The notes under the pieces are model-generated. The model was not told where the DNA came from and searched no databases. It saw nothing but the letters and a program-made list of their open reading frames with translations. A stretch of 62,971 nt of DNA, the filler included, from Octopus bimaculoides (lineage: Eukaryota): assembly GCF_001194135.2 (NCBI RefSeq). It is 6 parts of 5 records of this genome, joined end to end, with 100 filler letters (N's around TTAATTAATTAA, not from the genome) between each part and the next. Parts side by side here need not be neighbours in the genome. Positions count along the whole stretch, not along the records: positions 29,360 to 39,036 come from NW_026392061.1; positions 39,137 to 48,701 come from NC_068995.1; positions 48,802 to 53,778 come from NC_068983.1; 3 more parts are not named here. One strand, 5' to 3'. Both the position numbers and the translations under genes were made by a program. Positions 35,666 through 49,479 of this stretch are shown one piece after another. Numbering within the stretch: position 1 is the stretch's first letter; every line of letters begins with the position of its first letter.

Positions 35666-38056
35666 NNNNNNNNNNAATATTAAAGTTTCAGGGAGATGAT
35701 GTTTACTTCATTATTTGAAACACACGAACAAAACTTTTATGTATTTCTGTCAGCAAATTAATCTTGTCTAATTAATATTTAAACAACTTTCTGTTGTAAT
35801 AATAATGATTAGAATTAAACAACTTATCACAATCTATTTTAAGACATATTAATAAGCTTCATTAATTACATGGAATTTAAATATTAGCAATAATTATATT
35901 CACTGGAAATGATATTTTCGTTCAACATCACAAATTAATAGTCATGTGTGGTTTAGATTTATTTAACAATAATTAGTCAAAGAGATTCCCCTGCTCCAAA
36001 AGTACTCAATAACGAGACACTCCATGCTGTAGAGAAAATTAACTTTAATTGGTATACATGCTATATTATGTTCCAACACACAGCAATCATGTTCAAACTT
36101 CGTTAACATGGAGCAATTAGCAAAACATAGACTTCATGTTTCATAGACATTTGTCAGATACAAGACAGACTGAACATTTTGCTTATTAGATGGAATATAA
36201 GTATTACTAATGATTATATGTGCTGGAAATGATGGGACCGTTGTGGTTGGCTTGGTTTCCATCATATTTACCTGGATTAAGAGATATCAATAAAATTGTA
36301 GATGAAACTGTTCTTAACCTGACAAATGCTGTAAATCTCTCAACATTCCAATATAATCCACACNNNNNNNNNNNNNNNNNNNNNNNNNNNNNNNNNNNNN
36401 NNNNNNNNNNNNNNNNNNNNNNNNNNNNNNNNNNNNNNNNNNNNNNNNNNNNNNNNNNNNNNNNNNNNNNNNNAATTATCATAGACAACATTGATTAACT
36501 TGGAAAGCTTATCAAAAGATGGGCTTTCATATAATCACACTGATACACAACATGGTGAGAGGATCGTTATTATTTGTTCCTGATTGAGATAATTGGTTAA
36601 TGAATAAGCCTAATTAATGAAAGGTAGGTTCATCTAAATTGTATTCAATATAAGGGACAATGTTTAGGTAGCAATGAGAAAGATGTGTTTGTATAAAAAA
36701 GGGGTTTGGCAGGTGAAGTGTGTTTTGTTTTGTGTTAGGTGAGGAGATATAACTTGGTGTAGTTTATTATGAAGTATTGGGGGTTTAATGAGGTAGATTA
36801 GGAAATATTGGTGGGGTGTTTAACGACATTCTGGTGACTCATCATCATCAGAATGATCCTCCACCCCCTCCTTGGTCTATAAAATAATGATTGTTACTCT
36901 ACAGACCCCAGGAGGAATGAAAAGTAAAAGTGACCTTCTTCAGGATGTCAGCTCTTTGAATATACATGGACTAAACAACAACATATTTTTGGAAAAAGCT
37001 GGATAAGGCTATGTTGTTGTTGACAACAAAGTTTATAAAGAGAAAACCAGATAATTGCAAATATTTCAACTGTAAAATTAAATTGGAATTAATACAAAAA
37101 CTGTCATAATAATTATATTAGACTTTAATCTAATTGTATACGTATTTATATACACATGCATACATATATATGAATGAATGTGTATAATATATACACAAAG
37201 ATGCACATACATATATTTATACAGCCATATGTATGTATGACCTTTCATCATTTTACCCCCACTTTCCATGCTGGAATAGGTTGAATGGTTCAAAGAATAT
37301 CTTGCCTGAAGTTACATTTTCTGGTTTTCTTTCTACAGCTGGATGCTCTTCCTGACACCAACCACTGCACAAAAGTGCACTGGGTGCATCTTATGGCGCC
37401 GTCACTAGAGATGATTGCCATGTCCTTGACAAAACTAAAGGTCCCCCTTTATCTCCGGCCTTCACATATACCTTGGGATGAGGGTAATAAATATATGGAA
37501 AGAGGGGTTGAGTGTTGGGGAGAGACTCAGGTAGGTCCAGTAACATCCCTAGTTTCATTGGAAGAATGGTGAAGAGAAGAGATTTACTGCCAGTCTTTGT
37601 CANNNNNNNNNNCATCCCTAGTTTCATTGGAAGAATGGTGAAGAGAAGAGATTTACTGCCAGTCTTTGTCACAGCAATAAGATAGAGTAAAAAGAAGAAG
37701 GGAGAGTGATTGAGAGATGAAAGATAGAGGTAGGGGTGATAGGGGCATGGCAGTAGGGACACAGGTGACAGTGACATGGGGGATATGAAGGATGCGTGAT
37801 ATTGGAAGTGAATGATAAGTTGTGTGTTAGAGGGGTGAGTGATAGGGGTGTGATAAATATGAGAGGGTAGCAAAAGGGCTGAAGGTGTGTAGACTATATA
37901 TATATATATATATATCAATAGTAATAAAAATGTAAAATTAATTAATCAATAATTAATGATTTTACCAAGTAGTTTAGTATGTTAATATAACCTTATTAGG
38001 TAAAATCATACAAATATTCTATAATTATAAACATAATTATAATCAGGTGTCAGCTA

Positions 38057-38221
<165 letters not shown>

Positions 38222-38364
38222 TTATACAGAAATACTGCGATATGATAGCGAATGCTTTCAGTCGCAAGTATCAATATACAGTATGCAGACTTAGTAGAGA
38301 AGACTACAACTTACAGATCACGTGTCTGAATCAGCGAATCACAGCAAAGCGTTCAGCGTTCAGC

Positions 38365-38795
38365 AGTTGATTACATCAGCACCAGCCCCTAACTGGTTCT
38401 TATGTTATCAATCCCAAAAGGACGAGAGGCAAAGTCAACATTGGCAGAATTTGGTGGAATAAACACCAGTTACACAACTCCAATATGTAACTGGTACTTA
38501 TTGAATTGACCCCAAAAGGATGAAAGGCAAAGTCGACCTTGGTGAAATTTGAACTCAGACCGTTGTAGCAAACGAGTCATAATAATAATAATGGTTTCAA
38601 ATTTTAACACAAAGCCAGCAGTTTCAGAGGAGCAGGTAAGCTGATTACATCGACCCCAGAACTCAAAAGGCACTTATTTTATCAACTCTGAAAGAATGGA
38701 AGTTGACGTCGGCAACATTTGAACTCAGAACGTAAAGACAACCAAAATGCTGCCAAGCATTTTACCCAGCATGCTAACTATTCTGCCAGCTCACC
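38365..38795 (-). mobile_element. Tandem SINE family B copies
   Basis: Repeated AAAAGGAxGAxAGGCAAAGTCxAC cores at about 38415, 38515 and 38690. Confidence 0.65.
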
Positions 38796-39136
38796 ACCTA
38801 CAACATCATCATCATCATCATCATAATAATAATAATAAACAAGAACAACAACAACCCTACTTTTCCTATTTTATATCCTTCATATGACCCCGTTTACTTT
38901 CATCTCTCCCTCTCTCATTCACTGTCTCCCTTTAAATATCAACTATAACATTTCATTTCCCTTCTTTTACCTAAACATATATATGATGTGTGTGTGTGTG
39001 TATATATATGTACATATATATATATATATATATATANNNNNNNNNNNNNNNNNNNNNNNNNNNNNNNNNNNNNNNNNNNNTTAATTAATTAANNNNNNNN
39101 NNNNNNNNNNNNNNNNNNNNNNNNNNNNNNNNNNNN

Positions 39137-39211
<75 letters not shown>

Positions 39212-40533
39212 CACACATATATATATAGAGAGAGACACACACATATACATACACATTATATATTAACAATATTAAAAGTAAGGATTACTCCGAAGTAGAA
39301 ATAGCATTACCTTTAATTCTATAATAATATACTGACTTTTAAGTCCAACACATAGTTAGTTTAATTACACAGTGCGTTGCACAACACTTCTAGACCTTCC
39401 TACAGTAGTTGCTATCACAGAATTTGACTTGCCCTCTTGGTGAAGGCACAAAATCTTTTTTCTTTCAAACAGGATACCGGTCGTCTCTCACAAGCCGCCA
39501 TGTTGACAATTGAATGTTCCAATAATGTAAGATCATAAGAAGTAACTGTTAGCCCATTAGCAGTCTTCTAAACAACAAATACATCTGTTAGTAGTTTACT
39601 TTTTCTAAGTGTTCCTTAACACTTGTCTGCTGCAATTTGGAAGATCAGTTGTTTGGTTCCTCATACCTTACGAAATATTTATTCCATTCATGTGAAATTT
39701 TCACGAAAGATAGATATTAGATATACCGAAACATGTGTGAAATATCTAGTCTCAAAGTGTTGTTAATCTTCTATAATAATTATTTCAATACACTTGTTCT
39801 TACTGACACTTATATTATGACCGCTATTGTATATTCAAATAAAAGAAGAAAAGAAAATGGAGATAAGGAAGTTAACAATTATTTATTATTAACAAATTGG
39901 TCATCTTCGCTCCTTACAGCCGTAACATTTAATACTCAATAATTTAATTACAAATTTGTAAATTAGATTTGCATTTCTGTGACGTGAGCGTCATTTCATC
40001 TCAGAAAAAAAAAAGATGTACCTTGGCATGTTATCTTTATCTCCATTTCCTTTTCTTCTTTTAACTGGATATAAACTATATGCTTAATATATACTTATTG
40101 TTTTAAGGGAATTTCATTTCGCAACTATACTAGGAATTGAACCAGTATTTCCTTGGCTGCAACCATCCTTCACGAGGCTAACATATCCTCTAATTAAATT
40201 TCATATATATATATATATATATATNNNNNNNNNNNNNNNNNNNNNNNNNNNNNNNNNNNNNNNNNNNNNNNNNNNNNNNNNNNNNNNNNNNNNNNNNNNN
40301 NNNNNNNNNNNNNNNNNNNNNNNNNNNNNNNNNNNNNNNNNNNNNNNNNNNNNNNNNNNNNNNNNNNNNNNNNNNNNNNNNNNNNNNNNNNNNNNNNNNN
40401 NNNNNNNNNNNNNNNNNNNNNNNNNNNNNNNNNNNNNNNNNNNNNNNNNNNNNNNNNNNNNNNNNNNNNNNNNNNNNNNNNNNNNNNNNNNNNNNNNNNN
40501 NNNNNNNNNNNNNNNNNNNNNNNNNNNNNNNNN

Positions 40534-40599
<66 letters not shown>

Positions 40600-40649
40600 A
40601 GAGAGATAGAAAAGGTAAAAGAGATGAGTGAAACGTCTATATAAAACGA

Positions 40650-41150
40650 ATTTAGAGCGTGTTGTGGAATGATTTTATGTCAATCAGTCAAGCGATCTTT
40701 TTCTGGATGCGATTTAGGATGTCTCTGATATGAGAACAGTGATCCATTGAGGATCAAATCTGATGAGGTCAGTAATAGTTATCTGGGTAAGAAAACTATT
40801 CTGGCTCTGGTGAGTAAGACTAATCTTTCCGATGCCATTATTGCTATGTCAAGGAAAAGCTTTCGTCAGCATAAGTCTTTCAGGATACGGAAGGTGTAAC
40901 AAGAGTTGCAGCCAAAAGCTTTCCAGAAGCATTGTGTGCAAAGTGAAAGCGGGGCCGCTGCAATAGCTTCTTAAGCTGTAGTAATTGATGAAAAAATATT
41001 GGGGAAGTGGCTCCAAAGGGGTCTGATTGTCAGTGTTTTCGGGTGATGAAATAAAGATACTCAGGGTAGAATACATGAAGCACATATGTAGCTTGGCCAG
41101 AGGAGCAGATGCCGTTATGGGTCCCCGGTAAGTGACAGCGAGTGAGCACA
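40650..41150 (-). mobile_element. Highly decayed CR1/Jockey-type RT C-terminal fragment
   Basis: SMDHCSHI...LNRIQKKIA*LI resembles MEYCSHIW...LDRIQKKAxRLI. Confidence 0.4.
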
Positions 41151-41370
41151 GTGTGTACTGTAATTTACAGTTTCACTTTGTATATGTATGTAAGTAAATG
41201 TTTATCTTTACATGTGTGTATATGTATTTATCTGTGTATAGGCCCTGGTAAAAAACTTATATGCTTGTATTATTAGTGTATAAGTATGAATTTGCGGGGG
41301 TATGTGAATGTGTGTGTGTGTGTGTGTGTTAATGTCTTTATATCCAAGATATGAGATATAGAAAGCTGTA

Positions 41371-41429
41371 AGAAGAAGAAAAAGAAGAAGAAGAAGAAGA
41401 AGAAGAAGAAGAAGAAGAAGAAGAAGAAG

Positions 41430-41461
<32 letters not shown>

Positions 41462-41500
41462 GAAGAAGAAGAAGAAGAAGAAGAAGAAGAAGAAGAAGAA
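41371..41500. repeat. (GAA)n microsatellite
   Basis: Direct reading. Confidence 0.95.
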
Positions 41501-41739
41501 ATGAATAAATAAATAAATGAATAAATATGGGCTGAAGGAGAGAAAGAGAGAAGGTTAAAGAAGGAAAATGCAAGCAACAATAGACGCAGATAGGGAAGCG
41601 AGCAATCAAGCTGCCTTTTCAACAAGCAACACATTGAGAAGACAACAACAATAACAACAAAACGATAGCTTTAAAGATGGAAATTCAAGAAAGTTTTTCT
41701 TGTTTTTTTTTCTTCCTTTTTCTATTTCCAAACTCTCCC

Positions 41740-41890
41740 CAGTCGCCGCCATTGTTCGCTAGCAATGCTACGTCATTAGAGTTAGTCGGACGCCATCTTA
41801 GCGTGTATCTCGAACAATCGGATTGAATCGGGTTTGTAATAGAAGAGAAATTGATGCTGTAGAGGAGGTGAACACACGAGGTATTTTTCT
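41740..41890. promoter_or_regulatory. Candidate promoter/first-exon island
   Basis: Two YY1-like motifs, GCCGCCATTGTT (41745-41756) and CGCCATCTT (41791-41799); TACGTCA CRE-like site; locally raised CpG; plus-strand donor-like GAG|GTATTT at 41880/41881. Confidence 0.35.
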
Positions 41891-42073
41891 GTTTTTTAAT
41901 TTTTTTTTTGTTGCATCAATACAGTAGATGCTACAAAGTGCAGCTTAATAAGTTTAAGTGGTTTCGTACGAAAGGCTCTTTTTTTTTTGCTTGTTTCGTA
42001 TATGCATATATATATACACATACATACAAATATATATATACTTGCAACCACATGTATGTATATGTACACACAC

Positions 42074-42104
<31 letters not shown>

Positions 42105-42174
42105 CACACAAAAACATGCTTATAATATTCAATGTCTATATTATATCTGTTTATATATATATATCTGTGTATAA

Positions 42175-42175
<1 letters not shown>

Positions 42176-42259
<84 letters not shown>

Positions 42260-42260
42260 C

Positions 42261-42291
<31 letters not shown>

Positions 42292-42300
42292 CCTACCTAT
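42176..42300. repeat. (CTAT)n microsatellite
   Basis: Direct reading. Confidence 0.95.
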
Positions 42301-43671
42301 ATNNNNNNNNNNNNNNNNNNNNNNNNNNNNNNNNNNNNNNNNNNNNNNNNNNNNNNNNNNNNNNNNNNNNNNNNNNNNNNNNNNNNNNNNNNNNNNNNNN
42401 NNNNNNNNNNNNNNNNNNNNNNNNNNNNNNNNNNNNNNNNNNNNNNNNNNNNNNNNNNNNNNNNNNNNNNNNNNNNNNNNNNNNNGATTGTTTATTTTAT
42501 TTTATTTCTTTATCTATTTATGTATTCGGGGTTCAAAGGGGGTAGAGGTTTGTACATCGACTTTTTCTTCATTTTTTAATGTTTTTCATTTTTTTTTTTT
42601 TTGGTTCGCCGTGGGTCGGTTGGTTGGTTTCAGCGATGGGAAATGTGTAAATAAATAAAGTGTGTCGAACCTCTGCGTATGCAGGTGTGTTTATAGGTGT
42701 ATGTGCATGTGAATGAGTGTGTGTGTGTGTATGTGTGTGTGTGTGTGTGTATGCGTGCGTGTCTTTGTGTATATCTAGATATACGTTTCTGTATGTGTGT
42801 GTGTGTGTGTATGCGTGCGTGTCTTTGTGTATCTGTAGTTGTGTATGTGTGTGCGCATGTTTGTTGATAAGTGAAGATGCTTAAGCTGTGACCAGGTATA
42901 CATGGTTATATGTGTATGCGCGTGTACAACGCTCATATATATTATATGTATACATACATTGATATGTATGGATAAGTATTTATGTTCATCTGTATTATAC
43001 CTATGCATATGTGTATGTCTGCATACTTATATTTACATATATATTATATATACAGGTATTTGGTGCAAACAGGACATATAGTACTCAAAATAAGAGTATA
43101 TGTTGTCAATTCCATGAAGAAACAATGCAAAAATGCAAAAATTAGAAAAAAGTAGACAGAACTAACGTGAAGATGGGCACGAGAAATGTATTAGCTTGAC
43201 GCTTGGTGAAAGGAGAGCGTTTAACGTTTCGAGCATGGCTCTTCGTCGGAAAGCAGAAAGGGAAAAGTCCAAAGGAGAAGAAGAAATCGCCAACGGCCCA
43301 CGTGTAGTTACATTTCTGAAGTGACCGGAGGTTGAAAGAGATAGAGAAAGTGTTTTTTTTTAGGACAGGAGAGTGTGAAAATGGTCGGTATGTGTGTGTG
43401 TGTGTGTGTAATTGTGTGTGTATGTTTGTGTGTGTATGATCACTGCGCGTTCGTATCTGTGTTTGTGTCGGTGTCAGAGCAGGTCAATAGCAAATCAGCG
43501 GCAGTCGTTAAAGATATGTGAATGGTTTGGTATGGCTGTGTGTATGTATGTATAAACATATACACATGAGTATATGTGTATGTTTATTGATATTTAGCAT
43601 AAGTAGCAAAGTGACTCAAGGACCTTGGGTCACTCTGTTACTTCAGCTATATATTGATAAAAATATATATT

Positions 43672-43761
<90 letters not shown>

Positions 43762-44679
43762 NNNNNNNNNNNNNNNNNNNNNNNNNNNNNNNNNNNNNNN
43801 NNNNNNNNNNNNNNNNNNNNNNNNNNNNNNNNNNNNNNNNNNNNNNNNNNNNNNNNNNNNNNNNNNNNNNNNNNNNNNNNNNNNNNNNNNNNNNNNNNNN
43901 NNNNNNNNNNNNNNNNNNNNNNNNNNNNNNNNNNNNNNNNNNNNNNNNNNNNNNNNNNNNNNNNNNNNNNNNNNNNNNNNNNNNNNNNNNNNNNNNNNNN
44001 NNNNNNNNNNNNNNNNNNNNNNNNNNNNNNNNNNNNNNNNNNNNNNNNNNNNNNNNNNNNNNNNNNNNNNNNNNNNNNNNNNNNNNNNNNNNNNNNNNNN
44101 NNNNNNNNNNNNNNNNNNNNNNNNNNNNNNNNNNNNNNNNNNNNNNNNNNNNNNNNNNNNNNNNNNNNNNNNNNNNNNNNNNNNNNNNNNNNNNNNNNNN
44201 NNNNNNNNNNNNNNNNNNNNNNNNNNNNNNNNNNNNNNNNNNNNNNNNNNNNNNNNNNNNNNNNNNNNNNNNNNNNNNNNNNNNNNNNNNNNNNNNNNNN
44301 NNNNNNNNNNNNNNNNNNNNNNNNNNNNNNNNNNNNNNNNNNNNNNNNNNNNNNNNNNNNNNNNNNNNNNNNNNNNNNNNNNNNNNNNNNNNNNNNNNNN
44401 NNNNNNNNNNNNNNNNNNNNNNNNNNNNNNNNNNNNNNNNNNNNNNNNNNNNNNNNNNNNNNNNNNNNNNNNNNNNNNNNNNNNNNNNNNNNNNNNNNNN
44501 NNNNNNNNNNNNNNNNNNNNNNNNNNNNNNNNNNNNNNNNNNNNNNNNNNNNNNNNNNNNNNNNNNNNNNNNNNNNNNNNNNNNNNNNNNNNNNNNNNNN
44601 NNNNNNNNNNNNNNNNNNNNNNNNNNNNNNNNNNNNNNNNNNNNNNNNNNNNNNAGAAAGATAGATAGATGGATAAATG

Positions 44680-44714
<35 letters not shown>

Positions 44715-44946
44715 TTCTTTTATTAGCCACACAGGGCTCAACGAAGATGGGACAAATACAATGTAGAGCTTTTCTTTTTTTTTTGGGGTGGGGGGAGGTG
44801 GTGTCGATCAAAAGGGATCGGAAAAAAAAGGCCGATCAATAGGGATCGTGTATCACACAGTAGTGTTCTCGTGTAAAAAGAGGGGAGGACAGTTTAGGTT
44901 TAGCCGTGGAAAGAAAAGCCTACGGAAAAAACCACGGTAACCTTGG
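44715..44946 (-). mobile_element. 5-prime-truncated non-LTR 3-prime end inserted inside (GATA)n
   Basis: Minus strand ends ...GAGCCCTGTGTGGCTAATAAAAGAAAT running directly into (CTAT)n; the microsatellite is present on both sides. Confidence 0.5.
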
Positions 44947-44985
<39 letters not shown>

Positions 44986-45253
44986 TAAGATAGATGGATA
45001 GATGCGCACATGCACAATGAAATCATGTGACCAAGTGCTGCTTGGGATGTTGGGATGACGATCATAGTCTGTTCGATTCTTGAATTGGTGGGAGTATGTT
45101 ATATCTCAGGGAGTTAAAAAGATTGATTGTTTAACGGATCTCATAAATGCCAAGGGCAGGGGGAGAATGTCCTAAAAGAGATCACACTACTTGACAACAT
45201 TGAAAGTAAATAATTGTTTGGAATATCCAGCAATATTTAGCCAGCCACTACAG

Positions 45254-45793
45254 CAGGGGTCGGTGAACCAGAGTAAATTACTCCAAGTGGGGTAAAAATT
45301 GAATTCTTCGGGGTAATGAGGACTTCTTAGATATAAGTAAAATTGTATAAAAAACGTGTTCCTTGTTACAACAGAAATTTTTCTTCTGGCCTGAGGAAGC
45401 AGTCAAAACGTTGCCGCCTTTTGCAATAACCTTCCTTTGCGAACAAAGATTTTCCATTCTAATGAACATGAAAGCAAAGCAGAGAAATCGATTGGATCCT
45501 GAAGGCTGTAATCCAAAATGCTCTGGCATCAAAATGCCCGAATTTTGATGTAATTGTAACAAAAATGAAACGACACCATTTCACCAAAACCTGAAGTGAA
45601 AAAGTTTCTAGAAAAATTCTTTTGTTTCATAATGAGGATATTAATTTATTTTATAGCATTTATCTTATACTTTTTATATTTATAATTGTGTTCTTCATAT
45701 AAATAGATTCAATAAACGTTTTGCATTCAAAAAATCTGATCTGTGAATGAATATATTTTGGGATAATTGGTTAAAAAAAGTTCACCGATCCCT
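45254..45793 (+). mobile_element. hAT (Charlie-like) deletion derivative
   Basis: Imperfect TIRs CAGGGGTCGGTGAAC / GTTCACCGATCCTA; exact 8-bp TSD CACTACAG (45246-45253 and 45794-45801); internal PFAITFLCEQRFSILMNMKAKQRNRLD is a hAT dimerisation-domain remnant. Confidence 0.9.
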
Positions 45794-47527
45794 ACACTAC
45801 AGGGACAACAGCTGACAACCATGTCGATCTGTTTTTATTTGTGAGAAATTACTGCGGCCCAGGAAGGGAGTGTCATTGACAACAAGCGAAAGTTAGAAAG
45901 GCTTCAAATAAGAATCCCGACAAGAAGTCTTCGCAACTATGCATATTTACAACTTAAAAGCGGACTTTCCTTTTCTTAAGGACAATGTCATCGGGGGTTA
46001 GCATCCCCATTTTCAGGCCAGTGTGACTGGTTCCTTAAAGTACTACTTGTGCCTTTGAAAGTCAGCACATGCGGAGAGACTTGAGGGAGAATATTATCTG
46101 CTGCTACTGAAGTATAGTCATTCTAACTTATGTAGCAAAACATTTTTTTTAAGCAGGATAAAACTGGGAAACCGACCCTAGATCAACTTCCACGAAAAAG
46201 TAATATGAAACCGTAACACGAAGTTGTATGCTGATACGTAACTATATACGTAATAATATACGACACACATAATATCGTGTAGAAACATGTGTACACATTA
46301 TGCATGCTTACAATCATGACCACACGCACATACATATATATTCTTGCATATGTATATATGTATGTGTGTGTGTATGTATATACGTGTGTACATACGCATG
46401 CATAATGTATATATACACAAATATATATATAAATGTATTATGTCTATATTATTGATCTGCAGTAGTCTTAGATGTCAAACCCACAACTGTAGATCTTGTA
46501 TCTCGAGTAAATCTAAAAAGTTCTGCTGTGTTCGTGGTGGAGTTGGAGCATGTACATCCGTTATCGAAGACACTAACCACACACACACACTGACACGCAC
46601 ACGCACACGCACGCGCATACACGCGCGCGCAAACACACACGCTCGCACACACACTTACACACAAACACATGACATAGACACACATACACACTTACCCTTA
46701 CGCATACTCATCATATAGTCAAATACGGACATACACAAGCACATACGCAATTTCCTCCCTCCCTCCGTCCGTCCCTCCCTCAGTCTCTCTCTCTCTTTCT
46801 AATATCTCCCCTTCTCTCACACTCCCTGTCTCTATATATACTTCTTTCTTCGGGTTCTCCATTTCTGTATCGCTCTCCCTCTCGCAGTTCCTCTTTATCG
46901 CTCCCTTTTTCTTTCTCTCTCCTTCTCTGTGAATCTATTGCTTCTTCCTCTCACAGTCTTCTCCGCCACCGTCCAAATCTTCACCCCCACCTCCCTACGT
47001 TATTCTATATTTCCAGACCCTTCTCTCTCTCTCTCTCTCTCTTTCTCTACTTCTCTTACCCCAACCTCTCTCACTTTATCTCCACACACATAGCGAGATG
47101 TGTGATTGTTGATTCGGAAAGATGTGAAGTTTGATCCTATTGCTGCAAAAACATAAAAAACAAAATCGATAACAAAACACGATAAACATCATCTCACAAA
47201 ACAAACACACACACACACGCATATCAACATACACACACGTACAGACACATATATATGCACATAGACAAACATTCATACACAGACACATACATACACGTCT
47301 ATACACATACGTGCAAGTACGCATCTAGACTAATACGCACAGAAAATATATCTACGTACGTCGACTAACAAAAATATTCATATACATACCGACATGCAAA
47401 TAACTGTTTATTTGTACACATACCTCTCTATATATCTCTCACATTATATGTAGCATATGGTATAATTATAAATGTGGCAAATTTTAAGCCATTTCTCCGC
47501 AAACAGAAAAAAAATGATAAACAACTT

Positions 47528-47562
47528 TAATCGATTTTCGAGCCGTATTGGGTTCTCATCAG
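47528..47562 (-). ncRNA. Hammerhead-like motif lacking stem I
   Basis: CTGATGA-GAACC-CAATAC-GGCTC-GAAA-A-TCGA-T-TA. Palindromic stem III (AATCGATT); flanks do not pair. Confidence 0.35.
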
Positions 47563-47976
47563 TGGCGTCTACACCATTTTGATAGTCTCCAGACAAACAT
47601 AAAGCCAAACTGTTTATATACTCAACAAAAGCAACAGTTACTCCATGAAGGAGTCCCTGATTTGCACACACCGAAAGTATTTAACACTCTATAAATACCA
47701 GCGGCCTGTCAACGGGGATCTTAGTCTACACGGTATCAAAGAATGATATAATACATAAAACCTAACGAGATGGTCACGTCTAGAATATATGATTCATGGG
47801 ATTACATTACCCTTCATGACGTTGGGTTAAACAAGAAGTAAGAACGCAATATTGAAATGTAGTCTAAGATAGACTGTTCTCTAAAACGCAGACCAAAACT
47901 GTGACACCACGATAAAAGATTTGAATGAAAGTTTATTCATTCGGACTAAGTCCTGAACCAAACAACAACAACAGAA

Positions 47977-48028
<52 letters not shown>

Positions 48029-48801
48029 TCTTCTCCACGCTGTATAAGTAATTCCACATTATTATACCCATCAAAAGATACATGCTCCAATGAAATAGAC
48101 GAGCTGAAAGCAACATACCATCACAAGATGCGATTAACCTTTATCAGATATGATCATGACACTATTCGATCAGATTGGTGCTGACCTAGTGCTAAACAAC
48201 ACCAGCAATAATAACTAAAACAACATTGCTTATAATGTATTGTGGAGCGACAAACTATTTAATACGGTATCATTATCATTCCGAGTTCGAATCTGTTGTA
48301 CATTTGCATAATTGAGGAAATGTCATTGTACGACGTCTGTGTTTGATGTCTATGTATGGTGCAAATGTCTGATGTATACGGTTGATGTCTATTTATGTCG
48401 CTTATATATGACAGACGCGTTGCTTTGTGGGTCGAGGTGTTGCACTCACGATCGCTACATTGTGGTTTTGATTTCCCAACCAAGCTGTGCGTTGAGTTCT
48501 TGAGCAAGACACTTCATTTCACGTTGCTCCAGTCTATTCAGCTGTAAATAATTAGCCGAGCAACGGTCTAGTCTTTCGTTGCATGGAATTGCTTTCTACT
48601 TGCATGGTATTTTTTTAATGGCTTTTTATTTTCGATGTTTAAAACTCGCCTGCTTCCTTTCAGGTTCGATTAAATAAAGTCCTCCTCCTCCTCCTCCTCC
48701 TNNNNNNNNNNNNNNNNNNNNNNNNNNNNNNNNNNNNNNNNNNNNTTAATTAATTAANNNNNNNNNNNNNNNNNNNNNNNNNNNNNNNNNNNNNNNNNNN
48801 N

Positions 48802-48968
48802 GTGGTGGAAGAGTACAGCAGGGTTCGCCACCATCCCCTGCCGGAGCCTCGTGGAGCTTTAGGTGTATTCGCTCAATAAACACTCACAACGCCCGGTCTG
48901 GGAATCGAAACCGTGATCCTATTACCAGGACTCCGCTGCCCTAACCACTGGGCCATTGCGACTCCACG
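48802..48968 (-). mobile_element. SINE family D
   Basis: Reverse complement of 24207-24390. Confidence 0.8.
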
Positions 48969-49199
48969 GAGAATCTAGTGTACAGTGCTGAATCCACTTT
49001 ACAACACAGTCAGCTTTAAAATGCAGTGGCACCACAGATGATAAGAAAACGTTTGCGCTTGGGTTTTTTTTTTTTATACGTGTCTTTACCTTCTCCCAGA
49101 AGGAATTTCTAATGAAAACTAGGAGTCCTTCATTTCCAGTGGTTCACACGCTAGTTAACCCATAGCTGGAGCTCTAACAGGTGCTGTTACTCCAGGTGT

Positions 49200-49430
49200 G
49201 AAGGCTCATTGCTTAGTAGATAGGGTGTTCGACTCACGTTCGTAACATTGCGGTTTCGATTCCTGGACCAGGCGACGCGTTGTGTTCTTGAGCAAAACCC
49301 TTCATTTCACGTTACTCTAGTCCACTTGGCTGGCAAAAATGAATAATTCTGCGACGGACGGGCCTCCCGTCCAGGTGGGAAATATATACGCCATGAAACT
49401 CTTGTGAGTCGCTATAACTCGAGAAGGTAA
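49200..49430 (+). mobile_element. SINE family C
   Basis: GTTTCGATTCCTGGACCAGGCGACGCGTTGTGTTCTTGAGCAAAA..., matching the 52123 copy. Confidence 0.75.
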
Positions 49431-49479
49431 AAATTACCTTTATTATTACTCCGGGTCTGGATAGACTTGGGAACAACAG

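Noticed and set aside
37546-37670. Direct duplications across 10-N gaps (also 3125-3210)
   Set aside because: Unmerged contig overlaps rather than true tandem duplications.
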